Source of the DNA: Eledone cirrhosa
Taxonomy: Eukaryota
Reading direction: 5' to 3'
Length of the DNA: 64,000 bases
NCBI GenBank assembly: GCA_964016885.1
Contig: OZ024741.1
Coordinates: forward strand, 62,062,001 to 62,126,000
Part shown: one piece after another, positions 27,038 to 41,600 of the stretch
Layout: every line of letters begins with the position of its first letter
How positions within the stretch are numbered: the first letter of the stretch is position 1
Notes under the pieces: model-generated
Seen by the model: only the letters and a program-made list of their open reading frames with translations
The model's database searches: none
What the model was told of the DNA's origin: nothing
Made by a program: the position numbers and the translations under genes

Positions 27038-28565
27038 TATTTCAAGGGTACCAAAAACTTTGGTATGCACTCAAATTTGTTTTATAAATAGTGACAAACT
27101 CCAGAAACCAGACCTTATCGGAGAAAAAAAAACCCAGACATTATGGGAGAAAAAAAAAAATTTTTTTAAATCTTTGGAGTAGCAGCGTAGATTGAAAAAA
27201 TCGTTATAGGTAAATTTAAATAATTATTAGGATACTTTATAAAGGAAGAAGAAAGAGAGGCTAATATTAATATTAGGGTGTAAGTAAATTAAAAAATTAA
27301 AAATGTGTTGAAGTGGTAGAATACTAATCCAAAAATTAAAAATATATAACTAAATCATCAGTTATAATATTATATAGATAATCATTATAATTAGATTTTA
27401 TGAAGAATTAAGATTATTTTATGCAGAATTTAGCTTATTATAGGTCATTTATATAAATATTTATATAAATAAATAAAAATATAAATATTATTGGTGATTA
27501 TATATGTTGTTATTTTCATTAGATAAATAATTCAAATATTTACGTAAATTTTTACAAATGATATTCTTTTCCAATTGATATTCTCCTCAATGTTTTTTTA
27601 ATTGATATTTGTTAATTGATATTTTGAAATATATCCTTTTTGTGATAGTTTCTATATACACTCCTCATGTATGTAATAATATTCTCTTCCTAATTGACTA
27701 TATAGTTAATATCTAAATACATATATAAAAGAAATTCTCATCTTAGAAAACATGTAATATAAAATATCTTATAATCATACACAAAATATTATATAAAATT
27801 TTCTCTACATACATTTCGCATTTTTTAAGTAAATTCTAAAATAAATGACAAATCTAACGTAAATATGATAGTTTAACTAAGAAACATTGGAGTTATCTTT
27901 TCCTTTATAATGTAGCACGCATAAACATCCTCTCTTCTTAACAACATAAATACTAAATTCTCTAGAATTTCGTCAACTTAATTTTCCGTAAATATTTTCT
28001 ATCTTGATTACTATTTGAATGTACAAAATGTTCTTCTCTAATAAAATTTGAACTACGTCTTTTTCTTAACTATATATTGAAAATGTAAACACAATATCCT
28101 TCGTAACCCTTAAATTATATAATAATATTGAAAATAACAACATATATAATCACCAATAATATTTATATTTTTATTTATTTATATAAATATTTATATAAAT
28201 CACCTGTTGTAATATAATAAGCTAAATTCTGCATAAAATAAACTTAATTCTTCATAAAATCTTATTATAATGATTATCTATATAATATTATAACTGATGA
28301 TTTGGTTATTTATTTTTAATTTTTGGATTAGTACTCTACCACTTCAACACATTTTTAATTTTTTAATTTACTTACACCCTAATATTAATATTAGCCTCTA
28401 AATATAACGATTTTTTCAGTCTACGCTTCTACTTCATTTACATATCCATCCTAAAGTTTTGACATTTTTTTCTTTTTTTCTTTTTTCCTTTCACTATCCA
28501 AACGGAACCTGAACCGATAAGGTCCGGTTTCTGAGGTTTGTCACTATTTATAAAACAAATTTTGA

Positions 28566-28625
28566 ATTTTATCTGATGAGGGCGTACCAAAGTTTTTGGT
28601 ACCCTTGAAATATATATAATAAAAT
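28566..28625 (+). ncRNA. Type I hammerhead motif (family A)
   Basis: ATTTTAT CTGATGA GGGCGTACCAAA GTT TTTGGTACCCTT GAAA T ATAT A TA|ATAAAAT; perfect 7-bp stem I. Confidence 0.75.
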
Positions 28626-28757
28626 AAATATAGTTTTATAAATATAGTTTTTATTTATTAATATCATTGATATTATACACCTGGAAAACTTGTTGAGTGC
28701 TTCGAATCTGTTATAAATAAATTTTGTTGAATTATCAATAAATCAAATATCTCTTTG

Positions 28758-28800
<43 letters not shown>

Positions 28801-30259
28801 GCAACTCGATTTTGAATAATGCCATCTCTTGATACCGAAGCATGAGCATCAGGGACGTGGGTTTTTAGTCCGGCTAGCAATACCATGCATCGCAAAAAAT
28901 GTCACATATCAAGTGACAAGCCTGTGCTTGAAGCTTTTTTAAGTGAGGAAAGGCTTTGCATGGGGCCAATCCCACTCCCTGAACATCGAATGCATTTGGC
29001 CATAACGACGAACTGGTCTACATCGTTGGATGCAAACTAAGTCGCAGGTTTTATATCAGAGTGGCCTTCTCCTAGAGACATGTCTTAATGAATACTAGGA
29101 GTCGCTCGCTCTACATAATAAAAACTTTATTGGATGGTCGTTGATTCTCCTGAGTTCCTCCGCCCTATTTTAATTACGTTTACGTAGTAACGTAATCATG
29201 ATCATATGGAATTTTGTCTCAAATACTCCGTGCATGATGCATTATAAAATAACTAGCAGAAAAACCACGCTTCGGAGGTTTTCTGCTAGCATATGTGGTG
29301 TGTATATTGATATTATACGCAAGTATATATGCATGTAGATATGATACATCAAATATAATCGTAATTGACAATATGCACAGAAATTGAACGAAGACTGTGT
29401 TACACTCTCTTATGTAATCAGTAACATAATCCATGATACATTAAAAAAGACGATATTATATATAAACTGCTTTAGGAGAAAATTAGTGACAGAAATATAT
29501 GAATATTTATTTGAACGAATATTTATTTGACCGGAAGTGTTGACATTTGAAAATTTTAAACAAGTGAATCTTTAAATAAGTAATAAATATATTTAATGAA
29601 CAGCCACGAAATTTAGTAGATAAATTATGTAACATTCATTTATTATTTATTCAAAGTAATCCAACTTATTTTACTAAGGAGATAAAAAAATTATAAACCG
29701 TACGCAGTCCCGCGCTTCTTACTTTATTATAGTTTAGATTCCTACCAATACGAATATGTACGCTTTACATGAAATTATTTCTGATTAATTATTTCTATTG
29801 TACAAATAACTGCTACCTGGAACTTTTTATCTTCGACGAATATGTATAATTCAAGATCTCAGTACGTGACTTAGACAGACAATGGGAAAACACATATATA
29901 ACCATTTCTCGTCAGCTAACTATTGAAGATCTCTAGGATTTCAGTGCTTCAAAATTACTATCATTCTCTCCACACAAGAGAAGACTAGGAAATAATGTAA
30001 AATTGGAAGAGGAATAGATAGAAAGAGACAGGCAAAAATTGGGGAGATAGAGGTACATGTAGAAAGAGAGAGAGGAAGAAACAGAGGAAAATAAAGAAGG
30101 GTCACGTGTGCTTTATGGGGTTTGATAGATAGATAGAAAAAAGATAGATAGAAAGATAGATATATATATAGAGAGAGAGAGGGGGAGAGGGAGAGAGGGA
30201 GGGGTGCATACATACATACACACATACATATATTTATTTGTGGTTACGTTTACTGTTAA

Positions 30260-30420
30260 TTTATAACCCATAGCCTAACGGGTCGATGAATAAAGATCGA
30301 TAAGATAAGTACCAAACTTGAAAAAATAAGTATTGTTGTCAATATGATCAACTTCAAAGTACTTTGAAGACGGTGCACCAGCATGGCCACAGTCTAATGA
30401 CTTAAACAATTAACAGAATA
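30260..30420 (+). mobile_element. SINE 3' remnant
   Basis: GATCGATAAGATAAGTACC ... CGGTGCACCAGCATGGCCACAGTCTAATGACTTAAAC, a Meta-like core with a SINE-type tail. Confidence 0.5.
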
Positions 30421-30515
30421 AATGAACCAATAATTAAAGAAATTGTTTCAAATATTGTCAATATATTTAATATTTAGAGATATTTTATTGTTGTTTTTTT
30501 TTCCTGTATTTGTAG

Positions 30516-30760
30516 GTGTGGTGATGTTACTATCGTGCTTCACAGGAATAGTAATAGTTGTTCATGAAAAGAACATTATCCCACTTTCGAATCCCAAGTT
30601 GTCGTCCAAATCTCATTCAATTTTATCCATAGGCCGAATGAGTCTCGGCAAAACGAGAAGTCTTTATACTCTGAACGATGTAACCCTGGAGATAAGAACA
30701 GACCAGGAATCCAGATTCAGAACCGAGAGCAACTTATCTGAAATATCCGGTTTCCTATAA
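30516..30760 (+). CDS. SLC16/MCT-family transporter, last coding exon (TM12 and cytoplasmic tail)
   Basis: TTGTAG|GT GTG; GVVMLLSCFTGIVIVVHEK...ISGFL*. Spliced CDS is 199+144+768+51+245 = 1407 nt (468 aa + stop). Confidence 0.82.
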
Positions 30761-31621
30761 TATCTTCATCACATATGTAATCATAAACTATCTTTCATAT
30801 ATCACTACAATTCTTTGCAGGTGGTGAATTAAAAGAGTCGTCAGAGCATCAAATTAAATGCTCGGTATTTGTTCTAACTCACTGTGCTATATTCAATCCC
30901 TCCCACCTTCTGAGATCAACTTCATCATTCTGGGTTCAATAAAGTAAAGTTCTTGTTCAAAGTGATAGATTGGTGAAATTCTTAAAACATCGAACGAGAT
31001 GCCATCGCCTGTTCCGGTACTTTGTGTTCTGAATTTAGATTCCATCGGAGGATTCATATCTTATAATGAGAAATATTAATAACTCGCTCACGAAGCTACA
31101 ACTGATTGCAGTTGTTGCTATATATGTAGGAGAATTGTAGTAGCCAGCTGCTGTAGTTGAACGGTAGCCAGGGATTTCAACTCAGTGTGCTGTAACAATA
31201 CTACAAGATATTTCATTTGATGCTCTAACGAATCTACTAAATTGTCACTTTTCATACCTCACCGTCAAATATATAAAACTCATATACAACATGGCATAAA
31301 GAAAAAGAAACTGAAAACTGTGCAGATTGACATCTAAAATATTTTCTTGCTCTTAGACGGGGTTTTTTTCCAACGTTATTCCCTCCTATAATGATTTAGC
31401 AGAAAAAAATGTTTAACGTTTCGTTAATTCAAATGTTTATAGCGTCTTTACTAGTGGACAGATCGTTATGGAAGTTCGCAGTACCAGTGTAACGACATTA
31501 GGTGTTAACCTGATGGTGTCAGAGCATTGTTATATATTTTTCAAGAATGTCATACTAATGCTATTTCATACAGAAGATTAATAGTGAAACAAAACGACAG
31601 GAGCAACAGTGTGTGTGTGAG

Positions 31622-31687
<66 letters not shown>

Positions 31688-31801
31688 TTTAAAATCAATG
31701 GTTAAAAGTCAATCGATAACTTAATTCATCTGATGAACCATTGACCGAAACAGTCGAACACGTAAAAAAAAAAATAAACATATGAACTGCTATATCTCGC
31801 T

Positions 31802-31882
<81 letters not shown>

Positions 31883-32396
31883 CATCAGGAAGCCCTGATG
31901 ATTTCTCATGAATGAAACAGTTCTAGTCCTGTAGAAGCCTTTTCTATATTAAATATTTATACTCTGCTTTGTATTGACTACATTACTTACTGTGGTTACC
32001 CCCGTTTGAACCCAGGATAAACTTTTGTCTATCATTTCTATATATAATAAAAATTCCTATAATCTACCAACATATTGATTACCTTTATCAATAGTGGTTA
32101 CCCATCGACACCACACTGGAATCTCTATCTATCTATCTATCTATCTATATATATATATGCTCTGATCAGAGCAAACAGCACGGACACTCTATCTCAAAAT
32201 TATTTTTGAAAAGCATTTAGAAATGCGCAACCGGTAAAAACTTAAAAATTTAAAAGCACAACTGAATACTAACCCATACAATCACTAATACTCTTTTATT
32301 CCTAATTAAACCATTTTTCAACTGTGAACAATTTGTCAGCATTTTCTATTCCGTTTACCAATATATAATAACTTGTGTGTTACACCTCTATTCTTT

Positions 32397-32513
<117 letters not shown>

Positions 32514-32677
32514 AATTAATATATCTACCGACATATGTATACAGATGCATACCTATGCTAGCAGATATATATGTTTTGTCTTAGTAACTTTGTAGTTCTA
32601 TGCAGGGGAATGCAGAACAATTATGTGAAAGACGTAAATAAGAAAGTTATGAAAATTGACTTACTTGCTAAAATTTC

Positions 32678-32756
32678 ACTCCAACTAATTAGTTTCTGTA
32701 AGGGGATAAATACAGTTATGTAATACCTGTAGAGAAGCCTTACGTCATCAGGGAGT
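32678..32756 (-). ncRNA. Type I hammerhead motif (family F)
   Basis: Reverse complement reads ACTCC CTGATGA CGTAAGG...CCTTACA GAAAC TAATTA GTT|GGAGT. Confidence 0.72.
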
Positions 32757-33204
32757 CTATTCTCAGCTAAGTTACCAGGCAATGCGGGGACACTAGAAAC
32801 TTATATAACAATAATTCAGTCGATGGAAAAAAGCGAAAAAAGCGAGCGGGGCTAGATTCCAAGCCACTGAAAAATTCACTGCTTTCTTGGTCAAGTGGCA
32901 AATTCAAAAGAATTAATCACGTGACACTGAGGTTAACCAGCTTGGAGTGGGGGTGCTATTAAGACAGAGCCTAGCCACTACTATCAGTCACAGTAGTAAT
33001 TTGGCAAATTTTGCTTAACAAATAATTTGGAGAAGAATATAAAGAATTAATATATCTACCGACATATGTATACAGATGCATACCTATGCTAGCAGATATA
33101 TATGTTTTGTCTTAGTAACTTTGTAGTTCTATGCAGGGGAATGCAGAACAATTATATGAAAGACGTAAATAAGAAAGTTATGAAAATTGACTTACTAAAA
33201 TTTC

Positions 33205-33283
33205 ACTCCAACTAATTAGTTTCTGTAAGGGGATAAATACAGTTATGTAATACCTGTAGAGAAGCCTTACGTCATCAGGGAGT
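33205..33283 (-). ncRNA. Type I hammerhead motif (family F)
   Basis: Same motif as 32678-32756. Confidence 0.72.
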
Positions 33284-33531
33284 CTATTCTCAGCTAAGTT
33301 ACCAGGCAATGCGGGGACACTGGAAACTTATATAACAATAATTCAGTGGATGGAAAAAAGCGAAAAAAGCGAGCGGGGCTAGATTCCAAGCCACTGAAAA
33401 ATTCACTGCCTTCTTGGTCAAGTGGCAAATTCAAAAGAATTAATCCCGTGACACTGAGGTTAACCAGCTTCGATTATTGTTATATAAGTTTCCAGTGTCC
33501 CCGCATTGCCTGGTAACTTAGCTGAGAATAG

Positions 33532-33610
33532 ACTCCCTGATGACGTAAGGCTTCTCTACAGGTATTACATAACTGTATTTATCCCCTTACAGAAACTAAT
33601 TAGTTGGAGT
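33532..33610 (+). ncRNA. Type I hammerhead motif (family F, inverted copy)
   Basis: ACTCC CTGATGA CGTAAGG...CCTTACA GAAAC TAATTA GTT|GGAGT. Confidence 0.72.
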
Positions 33611-33704
33611 GAAATTTTAGTAAGTAAGTCAATTTTCATAACTTTCTTATTTACGTCTTTCATATATATATATATGTATATGTATACATATGCATACGTA
33701 TTAT

Positions 33705-34155
<451 letters not shown>

Positions 34156-34540
34156 CATATATATATATATATAACTGTGTGTGTGTGTGTACTTAAAATT
34201 CAAACATCCATACACACTTAGACACCTTCGTGAACAATACATGGGTCTTCCTACCTATTATTTATGGTGATACACACAAAATACTTAGAAACAACACACA
34301 GACACGCATGTGACCCTTTTTCTATTTTTTTATATTTTCTAATCTAAGTTCTATTGAACACTCCTGTCGAAGGGCTAAAGTCTGATATGTTGAACTTCTT
34401 TTCTTGTTTTTCATCCAAAGCGTGGACTTAATAACACAAATTGTTTTTGTATCGCTGTGTTTTTTTATTATATATATATTTTGTTTTTCTAATATATATA
34501 TATATATATATTTATTTATATATATACATATATATATATA

Positions 34541-36339
34541 TTTAGCAGCATAATATATAAATGTTATTGGACACGAGTAACATAATAATGATGTCAGCAG
34601 CAGAAATTAGAGATGAAATGTATGTTTATTTTTGTTGTAGCACAACTAATGTTTGTTAACTTGTATGGTTGAAGTTACACATAAAATGAGGTTACAAAAG
34701 GGAATGTGCCATTGTGCCAGGCCCAAGGAAGGCCGGCAGGCCAAAGTGCAAAATCTCACCGTCACATGCTGTGCGTGCTGCTCCTTCGGTGTTTGGGATG
34801 CGAGAGGCTGATTCTTCAAATGAACGCGGGAATTTTTCCCTTGGGGCGCATAGAGATACATTCTCTTCTACTGGCGCTGATTGGCTGAGCCAAATCACGC
34901 ACAGAAAATGTATGTGAGCCCGCGGAATGTAAGTCACTACAATACTCCCTCTCTAGACGTAAGATGATACAGATTATTGAATCAGCAGGAAAAAAATGCT
35001 GAAAGAGCACATCAGTGAAAAAAATAATTGAACAGAAGAATGCATGCAAGAAAAAAATGAGGCGCTAAGGGCCGTGTTGAGCCGCTGTGTCAAATGACTA
35101 GCTGATTTGTAGTTTATATGTGACCACCAAAGGTCTAACAGAAAACGGATAAAATCTGACATGGGCGAAGTTGCTGTTCTTACATTAAATGTTAATGGTA
35201 AGTGTTGCACCAGTAGCTGTGGATGAAGCTATTATGGTAGTTTTCCAGTGTTGGCAAGAAGATGATGGGTAGGCGAGAAAATGTCGGCCTCCCAGATGTA
35301 TTGCCGAAAGTGCTAGGCAGCCAGGAAAAAATGGCTGGTTGCTTTGAAAAGAAAAAAGCAAGTTGAATCTGTAGGTGGGTAGAAGTTGCAGTGTAATTTC
35401 CATAATTCCGGCGAATCCACAGAAGTGATGGAAATGCTGACAGATCCAGTTCCATTTGTTGTTTTCCCAGTGAGTCGAGTAAGGTAATAAGATGGAGGTT
35501 GTTATGGACGATGAGTGTGCAACGAGATGCGAAGCTGTTTGAATCCAGCTGCAATTAGCAGTTATCGTGTTGCGGTGCCTGTTTGTATCCAGGTGAATTA
35601 AGCTGTAAAGTGTCGATAGCATGTTTGGTGTCTCCACAAAGTGAGAAGGGATCTCGCAGAACTTTACGACGTTTGAATATCATACACTAAGAACAACATG
35701 TTGGTGTTTGTCAAAGAGATATGTGTGCATATGCAGGCATGTAATACAGCAAAGAATGTGTGGATGCAGTCATATATACAATGATAAAGAAAATGATGCA
35801 GTCATACATACAATGATAAAAAAAATCTTTTTTTTTTCATATAATGCGGTTCTAAAAGAATGAATGTCCGGACATTGCCTGTAAATAGAGAAAGAAAGAA
35901 ATAATTGTTTCTTGAAACAAAGTTCGCTTTTTGTTTTCTTTGGGATCGCTCTTACTAGGAAGCTAGTAGAGTTGTTTTTGTTGTTGTTGTTAAAGCAAAG
36001 TTACATTGGTATCGAGACAGAAAGTATGGTGATTGCGTCGGTAAAGTTACTAGCTGCCACATAGCCATTCCCTGGTGTTGGTTAGTAGTTAACCATGTGT
36101 TGTCGCTGCTGCTGATGTATTTGGTAGTGGTGATAGCCATGTGTTGCTGCTGGTGGCTGGTAGTAGAGAAGTACTTGATGGTAGCCATTTTGAAATTTCT
36201 TCGTTGCGTAAAATTTGTTTATACATACACTGCCAATTTTAATTTTATTTGAAAAGGAATATTTTGAACTGAAAATATTCTTTACGTCGGGGTCAACATT
36301 TTTAGCAGCATAATATATAAATGTTATTGGGACACGAGT

Positions 36340-36343
<4 letters not shown>
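34541..36343. mobile_element. Unclassified 1.8-kb segment bounded by about 43-bp direct repeats
   Basis: TTTAGCAGCATAATATATAAATGTTATTGG(G)ACACGAGTAACATA at 34541 and 36301; flanked by TA tracts. Confidence 0.5.
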
Positions 36344-36432
<89 letters not shown>

Positions 36433-36461
36433 ATGCATTATATATATATACATATAGATAT

Positions 36462-36545
<84 letters not shown>

Positions 36546-36612
36546 TCAGAAGATCCTGTTAAGGGTGAAAGCAGCGATTCTTTGCTTAAATTTTAATCTG
36601 TTATTTTAATAA

Positions 36613-36642
<30 letters not shown>

Positions 36643-36643
<1 letters not shown>

Positions 36644-38163
36644 ACGAACGAAATGTGGTAAGGAACCAGGTGGACCATAACGCACCAAAGTACTCAATAC
36701 TTAGAGTTTATAAGCCTGATAGAAGGTTTACGGTCGAAATCGGATTAGTGGTCCTTCAGTGTGAAGTAGGGTGTCCGTGGGTCTAGGGGTTCCGTGCGGT
36801 CGGCGACCCCGAGGCTGGAGGTTTTCGACGGACCAACTCCTAAACAAGAAGGACGAACTGGTAACTGCACGCAAACACAGATTGCGTAGGACTTACCTCG
36901 CCCTCAAACCGCATAATGACCCGGGGGGGGGGGGTAGACAGAGGCTGTAACACCCCACTTGCCGACTTTGTAATGGGTAAGCCCTGCATGCAAAGGTAGA
37001 CATAAGATTTTTTATACCTTTTTATCCCTTCCTCTATATTTCCTTCTTCCCCCCATCCCTTCCTAGTCCTTCCACCCCAGTCCTCTTTCTTTGTCGTCGT
37101 CCTTTTCACTTTCTCGCCCACCCGAGGCAGCCCCTCGGTCCTTTGTAGCCTCAGTACCCCAACCCCTTCCCCTATTCTATGATAGAATTGGCCGACTCCG
37201 CTTTTTATAGCAGATGTGATAGACCCCGGATACTTGCTTTCTTATCCGATGGCTTGCCCTTTTCCGTGCTTTCTACATTTCTTAGTGGTATCTTTGCTTT
37301 TATCAGTATTTATTTTGTGGGTGGGGGTAGGGGATTCTGAATTAATTTTCCGTATCAAATTTTTCATATATTTCGTACGAGCATTTATGTAGTTTGCACT
37401 AGAATTTTTGTATCGTAGTGGCACCCTTAGAGATAGTATTAGTATTCTTTTTCGGGATTCTGATTTATTATTTCGTATTAGTTTATTTTTTGCACTGTGT
37501 GGTTGCTGGCCTTGTGCCTAGGGTAGAAACAATTATTTCGTATTGGTCTCGGGACTCTGAATTATTATTTCGTGGTAGTTTCTTTAGTATTTTGGCCCCC
37601 CACTTGTTGACCCGTCACCGTAAGATATACTCCGTTGATTACTACTACCTCTTAAAAGGGTCTCATTATAATTCCGTCCCACCTAGTAAACTTTTCTATA
37701 GTCTAGCAGTACCAGTGAGAGACTTGATGGCTGTCGTTGGGGAATTGTAACCAGTAATTGTTTTTCTTTATATTTAATTGTTTTTTTTTAACATTCTCGG
37801 TATTCTTCTATATTTTTACCCCATATTGTTTTACTTTTCGTTTCGCTTCCTCCCCCTCCCCCTCCCTAATATACTTCCTTGACCTCCTTCCCTGCTGTAG
37901 TTGGCACTATCAACGCACGACGGAGTTTCCTCCACCCCCTCTCCCTCTTTCTTCTACTGGCAGGTTCAGCTACCCCTTCCTTCCACAAATTGCCATAATA
38001 GAATTATGTGTCTCATCTCAACAACAGACTTTTGACCAATCCTTGTGACAATCACTTTTACCCCCTGAGAAGCTCGGCTATTCATATACCAGGATAAACA
38101 TTTTCATTTAGTCCAGAATTAGCCGTCGAAACGGCTTGAGCTCAGCCGTCGGGGTCCTACACG

Positions 38164-38166
<3 letters not shown>
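36643..38166 (+). mobile_element. Long family C element: inverted tail at the 5' end, non-coding body, hammerhead at the 3' end
   Basis: Ends shared with the 20180-20316, 14291-14500, 55531-55702 and 62207-62352 copies; (TA)n on both sides. Confidence 0.7.
38060..38155 (+). ncRNA. Type I hammerhead-like motif with full stem III (family C; variant core CUGAGAA)
   Basis: ACCCC CTGAGAA GCTCGGCTATTC...GAATTAGCCGTC GAAA CGGC TTGAGCTCA GCCG TC|GGGGT. Confidence 0.6.
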
Positions 38167-38260
<94 letters not shown>

Positions 38261-38613
38261 TGTATATATATATATATGTGTGTGCTTGTGTGTGTAGATA
38301 TGTTTTTGAAACAGTGAGCGTGTTTGGAATTAGACATAGAAGTTTGCGCCGTATTTTTTTACTAAAGAAATTTTAGCCTGTTAGTATGGCTCAGAACCCT
38401 CTAAGAAATGTAAAAAGATGAGTATATTATATAGAGCCGTAACTCCCAGTTTAGTCGTAGGGTCACGGTTTGGGTATACAGCATTTCTTAGACATCTATG
38501 TCCAAGTCTCAATACAGCCGATTTCTCCCAGAGAGGGAGAGAAAGTGAGAAACATATATAGAAGAATTGACCCAGGACTGGGTTGGTTATTTTTTATAAA
38601 CCAGAAAACTCTA

Positions 38614-38668
<55 letters not shown>

Positions 38669-41600
38669 TGTTTCTTTATTAGCCACAAGGGCACAAAAGG
38701 AGGGGGCAAATACAAAGGGGGAAGTTTACATACAATAAAAACGTGTAAAATACTATCACAAATACAATTTAAAAGTTAATCAATTTTCCCCAATAGGGGG
38801 AGACATTACATATGGGTAACACACCCCGAAAAAATGTGCAACCCTCATCTCCAGGAGTACGAAGAGTTGTACTCCTTTCCTCTCCTCCTCTTTTTCCTCA
38901 ACCTACAGGCTGATATAGAGAGAAGGCCCATTCACTCGGGCCATTCTCGCCACTCTCACCCACCTTTCATAAAACTTGCTGAGGTACAACACCTCTCTCT
39001 CCATCCTGATTCTTCTTCTAAAGTGGTATTTGAAAAAAAGAATCAATTGTTGGCCGGAGAGAAAGGTGTCTGACCTCAACCCTTTCGACCTTGTCCACCA
39101 TACAACCTCTTTTGCCATAGCTATCACACAAAGGAAAACCGCCTCTCCTTCGTTTTCGAAGGAGGGTGGCGGTTTGAACATGACAATGGACTCGGTGGTC
39201 AACCGGATTGGTCCCACCGGCGACAATAGTTGTTCTACATAGCCCACAGGTCGGTAACGCCAGGGCAGTGTATGAATGCGTGCGCGACGTTTTCTTCGTC
39301 TCGTACGCACCTCGGACAGATCTTTTTCGAAGGATCCCTGCCCGGGCGCCCATGTCTGTAGAGCTTGTCTCAAACTGCTAGAGCTCCTCGGTAGCACTGC
39401 CAGGCCAGGGACTTTTGCAGTTGTCCATCGGTCCCCGGGGGAGGGTCCTACCGAACAGACTGGCCAGTTCGTCTTCCTCTACGCCTAGAGTTTCACCGAG
39501 CGCGTCGTCGCACTTGCTGCGGATCAATCCTCTATAGAATGACGAAATGAAGTCTCCATTGATCGCCGGGTTCACCTGCCAGAGGGCTGTGGGCGCCTGA
39601 TCACATTCGATGTGCAAGTCACCCATTTTCCTCGGTCTTTGCTTGACCCAGGACTGCAGCTCGGTCAGCGAGACGAGTCGTGGGAAGGCTCGCCTCACGA
39701 ACGGGGCCCAAAATCTGTGTTTAGCAGAGTTATGGGCCGGAAGTTGCCTATATCATCCCCCTGATTAGTGTGACTACGCCCCCGGTCACAGAACTGGGAA
39801 TTCTCCCGTTCTGCTGACAGTTGCAGTAGACCGCTTCCAGGAGACCGGAGAATAAGTACGGCATTGCTACGTAAAATTCGTAGGGTAGACCGTCGAGACC
39901 TGGAGATTTGCGTTTGCCGCATTAGCTCAGCGCGTCCCCTATCTCAGTGGCTGAAATCGGCTTTTCGCAGAACTTTGCCTCGCTGTCCGAGAGTCGCGGT
40001 AGGCCGTCGAGGTATGGACCGAAATCGATAGCCCCTCGCAGCGCGTCGCCCTGCCCCAACAGTTGAGCAAAGGGCCGGTGAAAGGCCGCACACATCTGCT
40101 TCGGCTCACGTATCACGCGTCCGTTTTGGTCCTTCAAAGACCGAATCGTGGACTTGTTGCCAATGTTTGCCTCCGTCACTCGGGCCCTGCTAACAGCTTT
40201 GGCTCCCTCGTTTCCCAGAGCACGTATTTTGCTTCTGACAACGCAGCCCTCGTGCTCTGTGTCGAAGAACTGGTCCAAAGCCGTTCTCGTTGCTAGCACA
40301 CTGGCTACGTTGCCACTTCTAATTGCCTCTTCTACTTTATCTAGCAGTTCTTTCTCGGTCCTATTTCTATCTAACGCTAATTCTTTACTAAAAACTAACG
40401 AGTCTAATCTAACTGCCCTCTTGAGAGAGTACCACCATCGGTTATTTACAATGGCCCCTGTCAAGTGCTGTTTAACTAAAGTGCTAATCCGTCTACTGTA
40501 GGCTTTGCATGTCGGTAACGACAAGTTCAGCTTCCAGTAGCCGGGTCCTTATCTAAGTGTTCTATCAAGGTTGACCATGCAGGTCTCTAGTTTGTGATCT
40601 GAATAGGCAACCATGTACATTTGTGGACAGCTTAACATGTCCCTATCCTTATTTCTACCTAGAACCCTATCTATGTACGATCTAGATGTTCCGCTACGAT
40701 TAGTCCACGTCCACAGTGGCACAGTTGGAAAATCTAGTCGATATCTATCGGCCAGATCAAATCGGCCGATTAATCGTTTGAGGCTGTCACCCCAATCTAT
40801 CGGGACATGCTCCCACATAGTTCCAACGTGCATCTAGGATTCCATTCCAGTCCCCCACTAAAAGCAAGGAGCGGGACGTTCCCAGAAAAGTCTCTAGACG
40901 TTTGAAGAAGTCTGGCCGCGGTGTCTCGGATGAGGCATATGCGGCCACCAGCCTGAAGGCTCCACCTTCACTACGGTCAACGTCTAGGACCACCAGTCAA
41001 CCCTCCTGGTCTAGATGTACCGTCTGTGTTACGAGGCCCAGGTGTTTCCGCAGCAAAACGGCAACCCCGCCCCCACCCCCGGCTGACAGAGAGATGCGTA
41101 GATCTCAAAGTCATCGAAGATGGGGGCCAGCTGTCGCTCGCTGTGGATACTGGACTCGCAAATGGCTACTACATCCATACTGTGCGACCTGAGGTCGTTT
41201 AAGAGTTTGCCCTGTTTCCAGGGCATCCCCAGACCGAGTACATTCACACATCTAACTCTTATATTGGCCATGTTGGTTCTGAAAAGTTAAAAGAAGAGGT
41301 GAAGAAAACACTCAACACTTCGTCTCCCGGGGATCAGGCCGCACGATTTCCTTGGGGGTGTTAGAAGGGTTGTCTGGGAGGGTGGTGGTTTCCGGCGGGG
41401 TGGGGACGGATATGTTTGGTGGGAGGGGGTGTCTGATGTGGTGGGGGTGTCTGGGGTGAGGGTGGGGAAACTTTTTTAAAGGACGCGGTTAATGGGTTTA
41501 ACACAAGGATTACCCACGTCCTTAGGAAAGTTTTCCTTTAAAGACTTATAGGTGTCCGTAGGGACCCTAATCATCTTTAAATTAGGTTTGTCTACACAGT

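Larger units (their letters stand above)
26102..28665. mobile_element. Family A Penelope-like element with long head-to-head inverted arms, interrupted by a Helitron
   Basis: 27038-27520 is the reverse complement of 28130-28613. Both outer ends match the family A 3' end seen at 6180-6230. Confidence 0.75.

Noticed and set aside
35185-35637. Overlapping 120-150-aa ORFs
   Set aside because: No recognisable domain; non-ATG starts
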